A stretch of 64,000 nt of DNA from the NCBI GenBank assembly GCA_905178155.1, contig CAJINV010000004.1, positions 8,832,411-8,896,410 of the forward strand. Direction: 5' to 3'. The notes under the pieces were generated by a model. That model ran no database searches. It worked only from the letters and a program-made list of their open reading frames with translations, and was not told the DNA's origin. Both the position numbers and the translations under genes were made by a program. Positions 13,101-25,100 of the stretch are shown here, one piece after another; the stretch's first letter is position 1; each line of letters starts with the position of its first letter. This DNA is from Amoebophrya sp. A120. Taxonomy: Eukaryota > Protista > Dinoflagellata.

Positions 13101-14511
13101 ATCTACAACGCATCAACAGTCTTCTGATGTCGATATTCATCCTCCACCACCCTCTCAGGTGTTGCATGAAGCGGTTTGGACTCACGCGTACCGGCCTTTG
13201 GAAGCGGTGGTCACGGAGAAGCTGACATCGCAAGATCCGAAAGTGCTGACCGACCGCGGGCTGCTGCAGATTCTGCACAACGTCAGCAAAGTTCAGGAGC
13301 GGAGGACGCAGCTTGGGCTCTTGGCGAAATGTTCTAGTGCCGATGCATTGCCATTTTTCGAGGCCTGGGAGGGCTGCGCCGCGGCGTACATCGGACGCAA
13401 GACATCAGATACAGACAGTGCGCACTCAAGTTGTGGAAGAAATTCGCGGAGCCGGAGCAGCGGCATGTCGCCCGAATGGCTGGGGTCCGTGATGCGTCCG
13501 TATGTCCGACTGCTAGACCAGATTCCGCCGGAGGAATTGCGGGTTTCGTCAAGAAAAGTGTTCCACAACGGACCTTTTCTCCCCGCCTGGAGTCACGCGT
13601 GGAAGCAGACGCAAAACACAGAAAATATTAAACCAGCATCTACTTCCAGTGCCAGGTATAGAAGTAGTACAACGGCAAATGCACTATCCCCCCGTGCTAT
13701 GCTCTGCGCAGTGTGGAGCGTCGCGCGGCTGCTTGGGCATCCGAGCTTGATACAGCGGGTGCAATCGGTGTCGGACTTCGTTTCGGAGCTGTATGGGGAG
13801 GAGATGAAAAACGAAGCCTCTAGCTCTACCGCAGCGGCTGCGGACTCGGAGATGAACTACCACGACCTGTGTGAATCGAACACACGACGATCATCCCCGG
13901 AACTACAAGCGCGCGCGGACAACCCGCAGTCGTCGCGAGAAGATCACCATGATGAGCTCTCGTCCACTTCACAACAAGCTCACGACCACCTCCCTGCGGC
14001 TCCGGCTCCCGCACAGCACGACAACTCTGCCATCCCTGCCTTTTGGTCTGCCGACGATCTCGTCGCCGACTTTTTGCCCGCGTGGGTCTCGTTTCTGGAG
14101 GAGTACAGAAAACAGCAGAAAACGATCCCGACAAAGTACCTCGTGGCGCTGCTTTTTTCCTTAAAAAGACTTGCGGTTTTTCAAACGAATAAAGCACGGA
14201 GGACTAGTTTGTTTTTTGCCACAGGAGAACGTCGAATAGAAAAACAGTTTCCATCACCTCTCACCTCCGAAGCCTTCCTCCAATCGAACCTCCTCAACCT
14301 CGTCCGTTTTTCCCAGCTACGAAGCGGCAATCTCGCCGTGCTGGTCCAAAGCGTGGCCGAGCTGGAGTGCTCGTTGGGGGGGAACGCCGCGTTTTGGTCC
14401 AGGGTGATCGAGCGGGCCTTGCAGCTGAAGTTTAATTCCTTAGAGATCGGAACGGTGGTTTTGGCCTTTGCACGCACGCTCGACCGCTGCGAGTGTGACT
14501 TCGGTTCTTGA
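10160..14511 (+). CDS. Helical-repeat (HPR/OPR/FASTK-like) putative organellar RNA-binding protein
   Basis: Removing element 10200-10421 joins ATG10160 (MAAAASSLLAVHPSTSSVFSGSRRV) to the long ORF; about 14 dispersed repeats such as FSAQSLALVLQHLSKL, FSLQNLSNAGYGIGRL, FTPQALAHSLSGLAS and FNSLEIGTVVLAFART. Confidence 0.65.
10200..10421. mobile_element. Introner-like element, family D
   Basis: Family D TIR; DR tccct. Confidence 0.88.
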
Positions 14512-15153
14512 CGAAATAATAGAAGCTGCGGGTGGACCACGACGACCACGCTCTTGTTCATCTGGTTTCTACGGCCGCTCCGGCCGGTTGATGTAGCAGG
14601 CAGCAGCGAAGATGATGGAGGGGCTGTCGTGCTTGCGCGGTAGTACTTCCGATGGCGGCTCACGCCCGTTTGCGAAAATAAGCACCGCAGTGCTGTGTGT
14701 GGTGTTCGCCTCAACGAGTTACACACGGCAAGTGGCGCGCGGCACGAGACGAGAGAACATTTCAAAAGCAGAGACTACTTCTTGAGAGGAACTTCACTGA
14801 GGGCACAGCGGGCTCTACACATGGCACGTTTTATTGAACAATGTTCCACCACGAACTACAGCAACTGCTAAGCTTAATAGGACCACAGCCAATCAATGCA
14901 ATAAACAAAAGATTCCGGCGCCCGCTTTGCCAACTGTACCTCCCCGGCTCTCCTGCGCCGGGGAAAATGCAGCGTCGGCGGAAATGGAATCTCTATCGCG
15001 CGTTGTTCCAAGTAGACCACGCAGTGCAATGCAACCAGGAAAAATAAAACTACCGATTTAGAAGGCAGTGCATAGGCCACACGACCACAGGGAACACCTC
15101 CTTCTTCACCACCACCTCTGCCACCTAAAAAGCCCCGTCGCACCAGCTGCCAT

Positions 15154-18100
15154 ATGGGTCGCGCGGCCCGTGAATCCGAGGTCCGCAGGAGGACGGGCGG
15201 CGGGCCGGCGACCACAATTCAGATCGGGAAGAAGAAGCAACCGGAGCCCGAGGAGGAAAAGCCCGAAGAATCTTCGTCAGAGGATAGTTCCCAGTACGAT
15301 GACCTCCCCGGCTTCATTTCCGCCGGCATGCGGCAAAGGAGTAAGCCGCAGCTGGATCCGGACGAAGAGAAGCGAAAAGAGGAAGAGAGCGCCGCCTACA
15401 TGCAGAAGATGATGGACATGAGCAAGGACATGATCGCGCAGCGGGACGCGGAAGACTCGAAGAAGATCCAGGAATCCAGCAAGGCGTTGAGCGGCGCCGC
15501 GCGGCAGCGGGAGACGGAGATGCAGACGTTTTTGCAGGAAAAAACTGACGACGTCGATTTGCAGCACCGACAGAAAGTCTTGGAGTCCCTGACGGCGGAG
15601 GCGCACGTGGACAAGAAAGTGGTAGAATTCGACAGCGAATCGGATCAGGAGATGGTGGACGCGGCGGAGATCGTCAAGGAAGCGCAGCGCAAGATGGGGA
15701 TCGAAGTGTCCGAAGTGCGGGTATGCAGTGCAAAAGCATCGCACTAGTAGGAATAGCATGACAAATATTTCCAAGAAGAAAAATAGAATTTGTATTGCTG
15801 ATTCACCTAAGATAGGAGATTTGTCATGCATCACAGCAATTGCTACGAGTGCAATTATACTTTTGCAATGCATAGTGGGAAACGGTGGACATTTTACGGG
15901 ACAAGCTGATGGTGAAGAACACGTTTTGGGGCCGGTTGATGTATCCTGTGCAAAAGTATCGTGCTCGTACTACTTGCGTTTATGCATTACAAATCTTTTT
16001 CTTTAGGCAAATCCGCATTACAAATTTGATTTGTAATGCTAAGGCAATTTGTAATGCAATTTATATTAGTACGATGCTTTTGCTTTTGCAATTCATATGA
16101 TGTTCCAAAAAGCGATGGAGGAGAAGAGGCGGAAGCACCCTGATTTCGTCCACCCCTTCCCCAAAACCTACGAACGGGTGAACGACTTGAAGTTCGAGGG
16201 CTGCGTCGCCTTTTTCATGGTCTTCAACGGCGTGACCCTGGCGCTGGGGGCGGAGCGACACCCGGACGTATCAAATGCAAATATGTCTGGGTCTGGAAAC
16301 TTGTAATGCTGCGTTGGGAATAGTGAATGCCCTGTGAAGATGCACAGCCAAGCATGAGAAATATCTGCGCTTCTTCCTGGTGCGTTTTTCGCATGACAAA
16401 CTGCGTTTTTGCATGACAGGCAAAAGGATCTCTTCTTGGACACGCATCACAAACTTTTTGGTCATGCCAGACAAGCATGACAAATCTCGCTATCTTCCAG
16501 ACCCAGACATTTTTGCATTTGTTAGGACGGGTACCCGGTGTATTTGACCGTTTTGGTATCCAAAGGAAAAAACCGCCCTTCCCATATCAAAACGAAATTT
16601 CTGATGCTGGAATTGTGTACACAAATCCGAGCTGTCTTGCTGGAAAGCACTGCAGGCCCATACTAAGTGTGAGGAGAGAGGTTTTGGCCTAGGCACTTAG
16701 CATGAAAAACGTCCGCGCCGTAGGCCCAACAGCATGACAGGCCGCCTGCGCAATGCCGCGGAGCCTGCGGAGTTGCCTTCTTGCAAGACAGACGCCATTT
16801 GTGGCCACAAATCAGCATCACAAAGATTATACTCTTGCAGCATGGGGAGGGGGGATGTTTCCTTTTGATATTTGGAGCACATTTTCACCTTCGTCTTCGT
16901 GGTCGAGGCGACGATGCGGTATCTGGCGTTCGGGTGGCCGTGGCTGTTGGAATTCTACAACGCCGCGGATGTGTTTCTCATCTTCTTCACCGGCGTCCTT
17001 GTGATGTGGATCCTGGAGCCGATGGGCATTGAGTCCGAGTTCATGCGCAACTTTTCCATCCTTCGGTTACTCCGCTTACTGAAACTGATGCGGACGGTAT
17101 CCAAGAAAAAAACTTTGTTCGTGTAACTTTCGTTGGCTGACAGCATCACAAATTTGCTCTACATAATAGAGAAAGCCTGTCATGCGTGGCTTGTGAGGGA
17201 AAACACACACGAAAAGAGGACTTCGTGACTGTCTGGCATGACAGGCGTAACTCTGTTGCATGTTCTGCATCACAGAGTTAAGTACACTTACGCAGTTTTT
17301 TTCTCGCGATAGACGGTCCGCGCGGTGCCGGAATTCGAGCTCGTCTGGCGGTTGATTCGCGTGGGCGTAAAGTCCGGGAAGCTGCTCATGTGGGCGATCT
17401 ATGCATTGCAAATATGTCTGGGTCTGGAAAAATGGAGCTTGTATTGCGTGTCGAGGATTCCAGAAAAATCTGTATTCCATAAAAGCAACAAAAGCGCCGT
17501 GATGAAAAAACGCAGTTTGTATTATGCGAACTAAGGATGAGAAAGGGTCCAAAAGAAATTTGTTATGCTGCACTGCTCTTGCAGGCGTGGTCACTCACGG
17601 CCATTCAGCATCACAAATTTCCAGACCCAGACACTTTTGCACTTGATACGATCATCGACACGACCTTCATCATGTTCCTCTTCGGGATTTTCTTCACCGT
17701 ATCCACTGCAAAAGTATCGTATTCGTATTGCAATCATGCATTACAAATCTTTTTCTCAATGTAAATCCGCATTATTTTATTTCTCATCATGCTGAGGAAA
17801 TTTGGAATGCATTCATACGAGTGCGATGCATACTTTTGCAGTTCATATACCGTCTTGGTCGGAAAGGCGGACGCGTTTGTGCACGACGACACCATCTTAT
17901 CCAAGAAAAAAATTGTGTAAGTGTAAATCTGTGATGCAGAACATGCAACAGAGTTACGCCTGTCATGCCAGACAGCCATGCAGTCCTCTTTTCATGTTTG
18001 TTTTCCCTTACAAACCGCGCCTGACAGGTTTTCTCTGTCATGTAGAGCAAATTTGTGATGCTGTCAGCCACAGAAAGTTACACTAACACAGTTTTTTCCT

Positions 18101-19348
18101 TGGATACATCCTGGATCTCTTCGGCGACGTCCCCCGGTCCGCCTTCACCGCGTTTCAGGTCGGCACCCGGAACCACTGGACGGACATCGTGCGGCACGCG
18201 CGGGACCGGTCCTCCTGGGCCTGGCCGTTGTCCATGCTCTGCATCACGAGCCTGAACCTGGTCATGTTTAATTTAGTGACGGCCTCGATGATTATGTCGG
18301 TGTTTGACGAAACCAGTTCCGACAAGGAGATCAGAAGGAAAGCGGCCGAAGCGAAGAAGGCCATGCACTGGAAGATTCTGGTGAACATCTTCAAAGCGAT
18401 GGACGAGGACGATTCCGGCGAGGTTTCGGCCCAGGAACTGGACCTATGCATAGGAAAAATCGATCTGGGTCTGGAACAGTGCAAGTTGTGATGCTAAGAC
18501 TGGAGAAGACAAAAATCTGTGTTGCATAGACGGCAAAAGATAAGTACCCACTTCTTAGAACCACGCAGAGGGCGGGATTTCTCATGCGGAATAGGGATTA
18601 AGGCGCTCTTGCGCAAGCTGGGATGCTTGTGGGCGCATGACGGGCCAACTTTGTGTTCCACGAGATGCGACGACAAACTTTGCTTTCGTCCCGACCCAGA
18701 CAGATTTGCACTTGATATGGCCATGCCATGAACAACAATCCAGCGCTGCAAAGAAGGTTGAACGACATCAACTTGCATCGGGTACTATACACTTTTCGTA
18801 TTTTTTCAGTGGAGTTCTTGTAATATTTCATGGTTTGTATGCAGAGTCACTGTTTTCCGCTTGAGATGCTGCTGATCTTTGAAAAGTCATTTCAGTTTTT
18901 TTCGACGCAAAATATAGATTCTGAAAACAAAACCACTTCCCAGGCCGCCATGGGAGATCTGTGGAGCATCCTCGACGTGAACGGCGACGGGGTGCTCGAC
19001 ATGGAAGAGTTTCTCGAGGGTATGCGGCAGATGGAGGGTCCCGCGAAGTCCTACGACCTGATCAAGATGAATGTGAAGTGTTCCGGGCTGCAAAAACGGA
19101 TTCATAAACTGGGTCACTGGTTCATGGCCACCATCCCGGAAGCCAAGCGACTCGCCATGCTGGTCGACAACACGCACGGCAACATGATGTCGCTGTTCGG
19201 GCTGTTGCGGCCGCTCGAACGGGACGTGTTGCGGATCGTCCGCCACATGGCGGAGGAAAACGAGCTGAAGACTGACGAGTTTGGCATGCCCACCATCGAC
19301 GATATCAGCTTCGGGGAAAAGATAACGATCGAGATGCCAGCGGGCTGA
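15154..19348 (+). CDS. Single-domain voltage-gated cation channel (Ion_trans) with C-terminal EF-hands
   Basis: After removing 9 elements and intron 18782-18943: S1 FEGCVAFFMVFNGVTLAL, S4 RLLRLLKLMRTVR, pore FQVGTRNHW, S6 NLVMFNLVTASM, EF-hands DEDDSGEVSAQE and DVNGDGVLDMEE. Start codon uncertain. Confidence 0.85.
15722..15874. mobile_element. Introner-like element, family C
   Basis: Family C TIR; DR gcggg/gtggg. Confidence 0.85.
15942..16097. mobile_element. Introner-like element, family C
   Basis: Family C TIR; DR tgatg. Confidence 0.9.
16269..16524. mobile_element. Introner-like element, family A
   Basis: Family A TIR with right end TTA; DR ggacg. Confidence 0.9.
16557..16870. mobile_element. 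Introner-like element, family F
   Basis: TATCCAAAGGAAAAAACCGCCCTTCCCAT...ATGGGGAGGGGGATGTTTCCTTTTGATA; DR tttgg. Confidence 0.88.
17098..17311. mobile_element. Introner-like element, family E
   Basis: TATCCAAGAAAAAAAC...GTTTTTTTCTCGCGATA; DR gacgg. Confidence 0.88.
17400..17648. mobile_element. Introner-like element, family A
   Basis: Family A TIR; DR cgatc. Confidence 0.9.
17700..17847. mobile_element. Introner-like element, family C
   Basis: Family C TIR; DR caccg/taccg. Confidence 0.87.
17898..18106. mobile_element. Introner-like element, family E (inverted relative to 17098)
   Basis: Family E TIR; DR catct/catcc. Confidence 0.88.
18445..18717. mobile_element. Introner-like element, family A (diverged)
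   Basis: TCTGGGTC/GACCCAGA core; DR ggacc/tggcc; removal gives ELDHAMNN. Confidence 0.8.
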
Positions 19349-19841
19349 GGAAAAAGCCGCGTTGCGTTGGGAGCACGTGCAACAGGTCCTCGTGGAGGCA
19401 CGATGCTTGTCGCTGTTTCATGGTTTCAGGTTTCCAGATGAAATAACCGACAGTCGTATTGACGCCCAATGTACATACAGCTACAGTGGAGGTTCCAAGA
19501 ACAAAATTAGTGATTAGAGAAGTTGATGCAAAAAAGATTCGAATATTTCTGGCTGCCCATCAGTATCAGTACCGCAACAAAAACAGCGTGTCTTGTGATT
19601 GGTCCAGCTTTCTCGTCGGCGAGCTGGAGAGAACAACTAGCTCGTAGGAGCGGAGTGTGGGTGAATCCTTACCTTGTGTCGAAAAGAAGCTTAAGGAAAG
19701 GAGAGTCCCGAGCAAGCGTGATGAAAATCTTCAAACTAAGCCGTGGTGAAAATCAAACCTAGGTTGCAGCTCGGTGACATTAAGTATTGATTCTTCATTT
19801 CTCTTCAGTATCTGTTAGAAAAAGTCAAAGCTTGTGCGACC

Positions 19842-21278
19842 ATGACGCGGCCGTTCGTCCGCCACGTCAGCTGCGGGGGCGGGATATTAAGATGGCTCTA
19901 CTACATCATTCTCTCCGGGATCGAGTTCGGCTTTCTGAAACCTCTCTCCGCACTGCTGGACCTCCAAAAAGACCAGGACGAGATGGCGGGAATCTTTCTC
20001 GAAGAAAATACCCGGATTACTAGCAGGCAAGAATCGCCGTCAGGTGCAAGCACTAGCACGTCGGGTAGTAGTAGTAGTACCAGCGCCAGTTCCAATCAGC
20101 AATCCCGGTTGGAAGCCATGCATTTGGACATCGGCTCTGCGATTCGGAATTTGGAGCGACAGGTAAACCAGGCCGGAATCGACATGGCGACCGTGCAAGA
20201 GGGGTTGAGTATTTCGGAGAACCAGTTGCTGCAAGAAATGCTGATCGACGACGTGGAGCAAATTCACGGGATTCGGCAAGAGACGAAGCGGAGATTCAGG
20301 AGTTTTTTCCTGGACCATCCGGTGGGATTACTACCCGAGAATAAAGCAGTGGAGGTGACCAGTAGTGGTAGTGCGACTACGAAAGAAGGAGATGTTGTAG
20401 CAGGAGAAGAAGGTCGTGGTGGTCTTTCTTCTACTTCTAGTGGCAGTGTTGAAACAAGCAGTACGAAGGCGGTGAATGAAGAACACGAAGACGAATTTGA
20501 CAAGGAGCTGGCTGCGGAGAGAAAGGAGAAGGAGGAAAAGAAAGACGAAAAAGAGAAGACGGTAGAGGAGAAGGAAACGGCGGAAGAGGCACCGGTAAAG
20601 GAAGGGAAGCCGGCGGAGGAAGAGGCCAAGCCGGCGGAGGAAGAGAGCAAGCCGGCGGACGAAGAGGCCAAGCCGAAAGAGGAAGAAGCCAAGCCGGCGG
20701 ACGAAGAGGCCAAGCCGAAAGAGGAAGAAGCCAAGCCGGCGGAGGAAGAGGCCAAGCCGGAAGAGGAAGGGGGCAAGCCGGCGGAGGAGGAGGCCAAGCC
20801 GGCGGACGAAGAGGCCAAGCCGAAAGAGGAAGAGGCCAAGCCGGCGGAGGGAGAAGCCAAGCCAACGGAGGAAGAGGCAAAACCAACGGAGGAAGAAGCC
20901 AAGCCGGCGGAGGAAGAGGCCAAGCCGGCGGAGGAAGAGAACAAGCCGAAGGGGGAAGAAGCCAAGCCGGCGGAGGAAGAGGCCAAGCCGAAAGAGGAAG
21001 AGGCCAAGCCGAAAGAGGAAGAGGGCAAGCCGAAAGAGGAAGAGGCCAAGCCGAAAGAGGAAGAGGCAAAACCAGAAGAAGAGGCCAGGCCGGCGGATGA
21101 AACCAAGCCGGAGGCGGACCAAGCTGAGTCCACCAGTGCGCCTTCGCCGGCGAAGGGCGACGCGGGTGACGCGGACAACAAAAGTGCATCAGAAGAGAAC
21201 GGGAAGGAAGGTACGGATACCTCAAAAGCTGCGGCAGAAAAGAATGATGCAGGGGCGAAGGAGAAGGGCGCGAGTTGA
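19842..21278 (+). CDS. Acidic repetitive protein with N-terminal hydrophobic segment (EEEAKP[AK] heptad repeats)
   Basis: Uninterrupted 478-aa ORF; hydrophobic WLYYIILSGIEFGFL segment. Confidence 0.7.
   Translation: MTRPFVRHVSCGGGILRWLYYIILSGIEFGFLKPLSALLDLQKDQDEMAGIFLEENTRITSRQESPSGASTSTSGSSSSTSASSNQQSRLEAMHLDIGSAIRNLERQVNQAGIDMATVQEGLSISENQLLQEMLIDDVEQIHGIRQETKRRFRSFFLDHPVGLLPENKAVEVTSSGSATTKEGDVVAGEEGRGGLSSTSSGSVETSSTKAVNEEHEDEFDKELAAERKEKEEKKDEKEKTVEEKETAEEAPVKEGKPAEEEAKPAEEESKPADEEAKPKEEEAKPADEEAKPKEEEAKPAEEEAKPEEEGGKPAEEEAKPADEEAKPKEEEAKPAEGEAKPTEEEAKPTEEEAKPAEEEAKPAEEENKPKGEEAKPAEEEAKPKEEEAKPKEEEGKPKEEEAKPKEEEAKPEEEARPADETKPEADQAESTSAPSPAKGDAGDADNKSASEENGKEGTDTSKAAAEKNDAGAKEKGAS
20600..21110 (+). 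repeat. Coding 21-bp tandem repeat (GAGGAAGAGGCCAAGCCGGCG variants), more than 20 copies
   Basis: Directly visible tandem array. Confidence 0.95.
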
Positions 21279-22184
21279 GAGGAGAAGAAAGGAAGGTGAA
21301 GGCAAGACGAAGAAGACCGGGGGCGGGGGTGGAGCGGGCGAACCAGCCAAGAATCCGTGCCGGGAGCAGCTGGGCGACACCGAAAGGGAAGTAGACGTGA
21401 GGTACTTACAACGACCAACCTGTTCAGTACAGCATCAACCAACGGACCACGGTGTGACGGAGGGTGGGGCAGAAGCAGAGAAGCAGCGTCCGGGGGAAAG
21501 GCATCTACGACCGAGAACACGAAAGCTGACAAAGCCGTGGAAGCGGAGACGAAGAGAGATGCAGGGCTTTAGAGTGGCGTCAGACAAGAATTCTAGTAAA
21601 CGCTGGTTGAGCAGTGGATTGTCGCAACGCGCACGCTTAGCGAAGAGAACAAGCTCAAGAGAAGTGCATCTTTTTAAATCGCGGATAACAGATTGGGCGC
21701 GCATTTAGTTTTGCAGAAGACTAAAAATGCAGCTTGCTTCAAAGAACCACGGCGACGCGAAAAGTAAATTCAAAACTCGGTAAAATTATCCGATCTTTTT
21801 GTTGGAGGAAGGTGCGATCATGAGGGATGTCTCCGATCTATATTTCGTGACGAGTGCACAGGTTCAAAACACGATCTAAATCTTGAAATAATCCGGCAAC
21901 GAAAAGACGAAACAAAAATGATCTGATCCACCGGCTGGCTACTTAGGCGACATGGATGGGATCTTCTCGAAGGTGGATATGAATAAAACTTGAGCTTGCG
22001 TTCCATTAAGAAAACGATCCTGCACGAACCGCTCGACCCAATTTGCGTGGTCCCCTTACCTCAGTTAAAACTAAATACCGAACGTTTTTCGGAGTAAAAA
22101 GTAAACTAAACCCTGAAGCCTCGCTTCTGCCTCTAAAGAAACTTTTGTTCATCTTCCCACCTTTTTATCCAAGCCTTATCGAAA

Positions 22185-25100
22185 ATGGCGGCTGCAGCTC
22201 CCAACAAGCGCGTCCGCAATGGTCCGGTCCCGGTGACCGTGTTGACCGGGTTCCTCGGGTCCGGTAAGACCACCTTGATGAACCACATTCTGAACGACCA
22301 GAACCACGGCATGAAGTTCGCGATCATCGAGAATGAGTTCGGTGAAGTGGGCGTCGACGAGAAGATTTTGCACCAGACCGAGGCGGTCGACGAGGAGGTC
22401 ATCGAGGTGATGAACGGCTGCATCTGCTGCACGGTGCGCGGCGATTTGGTCGAGGCGCTGAAGAAATTGTACAAGATATCCTGAGTAAAAACGTACCCAC
22501 ACCGGAGTCAGGATGGGGATTTTGCAACACAAGCCTAGGAGTTTTAGGAGTCACGCATGACAAGTTGCAGTCCGTAAGGTAGTGCAAGTTAGCAAGGAAA
22601 GCCGCATCACAAATCGACCTTCTGATCCTGTTTACAGCATTACAAGTTCCCAAACACGATTGAAAATGCCTGTCATGGGGTTGCGCATCACAAATGTTCC
22701 TGTCATGGAAAATCTGCATGACAACTCAGGGGTGGGTACGTTTTTACTCAGGATACAAGAAGGTCGAGAAGTTTGACGGGGTCATCATCGAGACCACCGG
22801 GTTGGCCGACCCGGCCCCGGTCGCCCAGACCTTCTTCTATGCAATGCAAAAGTATCGTACTAGTATAAATTGCATTACAAATTCCCCCAGCATTACAAAT
22901 TGACTTTGTGATGCTGATTTACCTTGAGGAAGAGATTTGTAATGCATAAATGCAATTGCTACGAGTACGATTCTTTTGCACAGGATATCTTCGTCGACGA
23001 GACCATCTCCATGCTGTACAAGCTCGACTCCATCGTCACGGTGGTCGACTCCCAGCACATTCTGCAGCACCTGGACGAGGAGAAGCCGGAGGGTGTGGAG
23101 AACGAGTCGGTCGAGCAGGTCGCGTTCGCGGATGTCATCCTGCTGAACAAGACCGACTTGGTCGAAAAGGAGGAGGACTTGGCCAACTTGGAAAAGCGCA
23201 TCAAGTCCATCAACTCCCAGGTATCCACTTATTTTGTACGTGGTTTTATTTTATTCCCATGCTGTATTCAAAATTTTACTAGAACTGCTGCTGTTTAGTT
23301 TTATGCATGCCCGCATATAATTAGTTGTACTAGGACAGTTTATGTGTGCATGTTTTTCGTGCTTCTCCTCTTCCTGAATGTGCTATATGATCATGCTAGA
23401 CAAACGTCAAACCACTACAACCTCTCTCAGGCCCCGATCCACCGCTGCCAGCACTCCAAGGTCGAGCCGCAGAAGCTGTTGAATGTGGGCGCTTTTGACC
23501 TGATATCAAATGTAAAAATGTCTGGGTCTGGAAACTTGTGAGGCTGTGTGGCGTATCATGAGGAGGCGACAATTGCTGGCTCAGCATGACAAGTTTCTGA
23601 GCTTCTAGGTGTTGCCTATTCTGCATGACAAACTACGTTTCTGCATGGCAGAAAAGTGGGGCTCTTTGGTAATGTGCATGACAGATTTAAGATTCATGCC
23701 AAACAAGCATGACAAACTTGCATTCTTCCAGACCCAGACATTTTTACTTTTGATACCTGAAGCGTGTCTTGGAAATGGACCCGGAATTTTTGAACACCGA
23801 CGGCGAACACGCCCACGACTCCGCCGTGTCCTCCCACAGCGTCAGGTATAATAGAGAATTCGGTTGTTTGTCATATGCTGGAATTTCAAGACAATGACAA
23901 TATGCATTCGGAATCCTACCTACGCGAACCTGGTTTGTTCGCGATTTAGACAATCAGTCATATTATTAGTACTTCTTCCCCATCTTCCCTCGATGTGACG
24001 TTATTCTATTCATCGTCCTTCGAGGTCTCCAACGGGAACATAAGAAACTGTGGTACTCGCAACGTGCGCGGCTGTCTATTTAATCAGGCGTAGCATCTTT
24101 TCTGTGCCATACAGTTAACACGACTCATAGAAACTTTGATCTAGCACCAGAAGACACAACTTCCAAGAAATGTATTTTCTAGAATCAGATCAGGATCAGT
24201 TCTTCACACCACGCCCGCTTAATGTTGCGCTAAGTTTCATCAGAACTTTGAGAAAGTGACTATGCTGTCGCCGGTATGACATGACAATAGTATAGTACCA
24301 TTGAATCTCCAAAATCCTAAAACCTGAAATGCAAATGCAACAAACTTCCGATTGTAAGCCTGTTTGGGGTTATAGCTCGAGCTGCTAAAGCAGCATGAGA
24401 GAATCAGTCTTCTTTGCCTAAACAGCATTAGAAACTGGGTTCGAGCTGGAACCCATTTTACGCATGACAAATCATTTCGATTTTGTCCAGGTTCGAGGGC
24501 GACTTGAACGCGAACCGCCTGCAGCGAGGAAATGCTATACATTTGCAAAAGTGCTAACTTGCTCAGTGAATTTGTGGAAATCTCCCAGCACAGGGCGCGA
24601 AGTTGGAAGTAGTACGTGGTGGCTTGGTGGGTCATCCCATCCCAAGTTGCATCAAAAGGGGATCTCCATAAACAAACTAACTAGGTCTCTCGCGCAGTCG
24701 GAGGCTGCGGGTATGCGCCAGGGAGGTATGGCGCAGGGGGGCGCCCGGCAATGCAAGCATCGAAAACGCCTACGCCATAATCCCGGCAAAACCACAGCCC
24801 ACCGGTATGGTGCGGCGGGCTTTGTTCTAGGCTAGATTTCTTTCTTTCAAGGCAGGCGGAAGCCTAAGCAACCAGCCTGCGCTTTCGTCCCCACTGAAAA
24901 TCAGGCCGGCGACATCAAAAGGAAAGGCTCCCTCCCCATATGCATCAAGACGCAACTTCTGCCGGTGGGGGGATCTCCATAAACAAACTAACTAGTACTA
25001 GGTCTCTCGCGCAGTCGGAGGCTAGTACGGGTATGCGCCAGGGAGGTATGGCGCAGGGGGGCGCCCGGCATAGCAAGCATCGAAAACGCCTACGCCATAA

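Noticed and set aside
20264-21532. Long minus-strand ORFs (422, 263 and 262 aa)
   Set aside because: Antisense shadows of the 21-bp coding repeat
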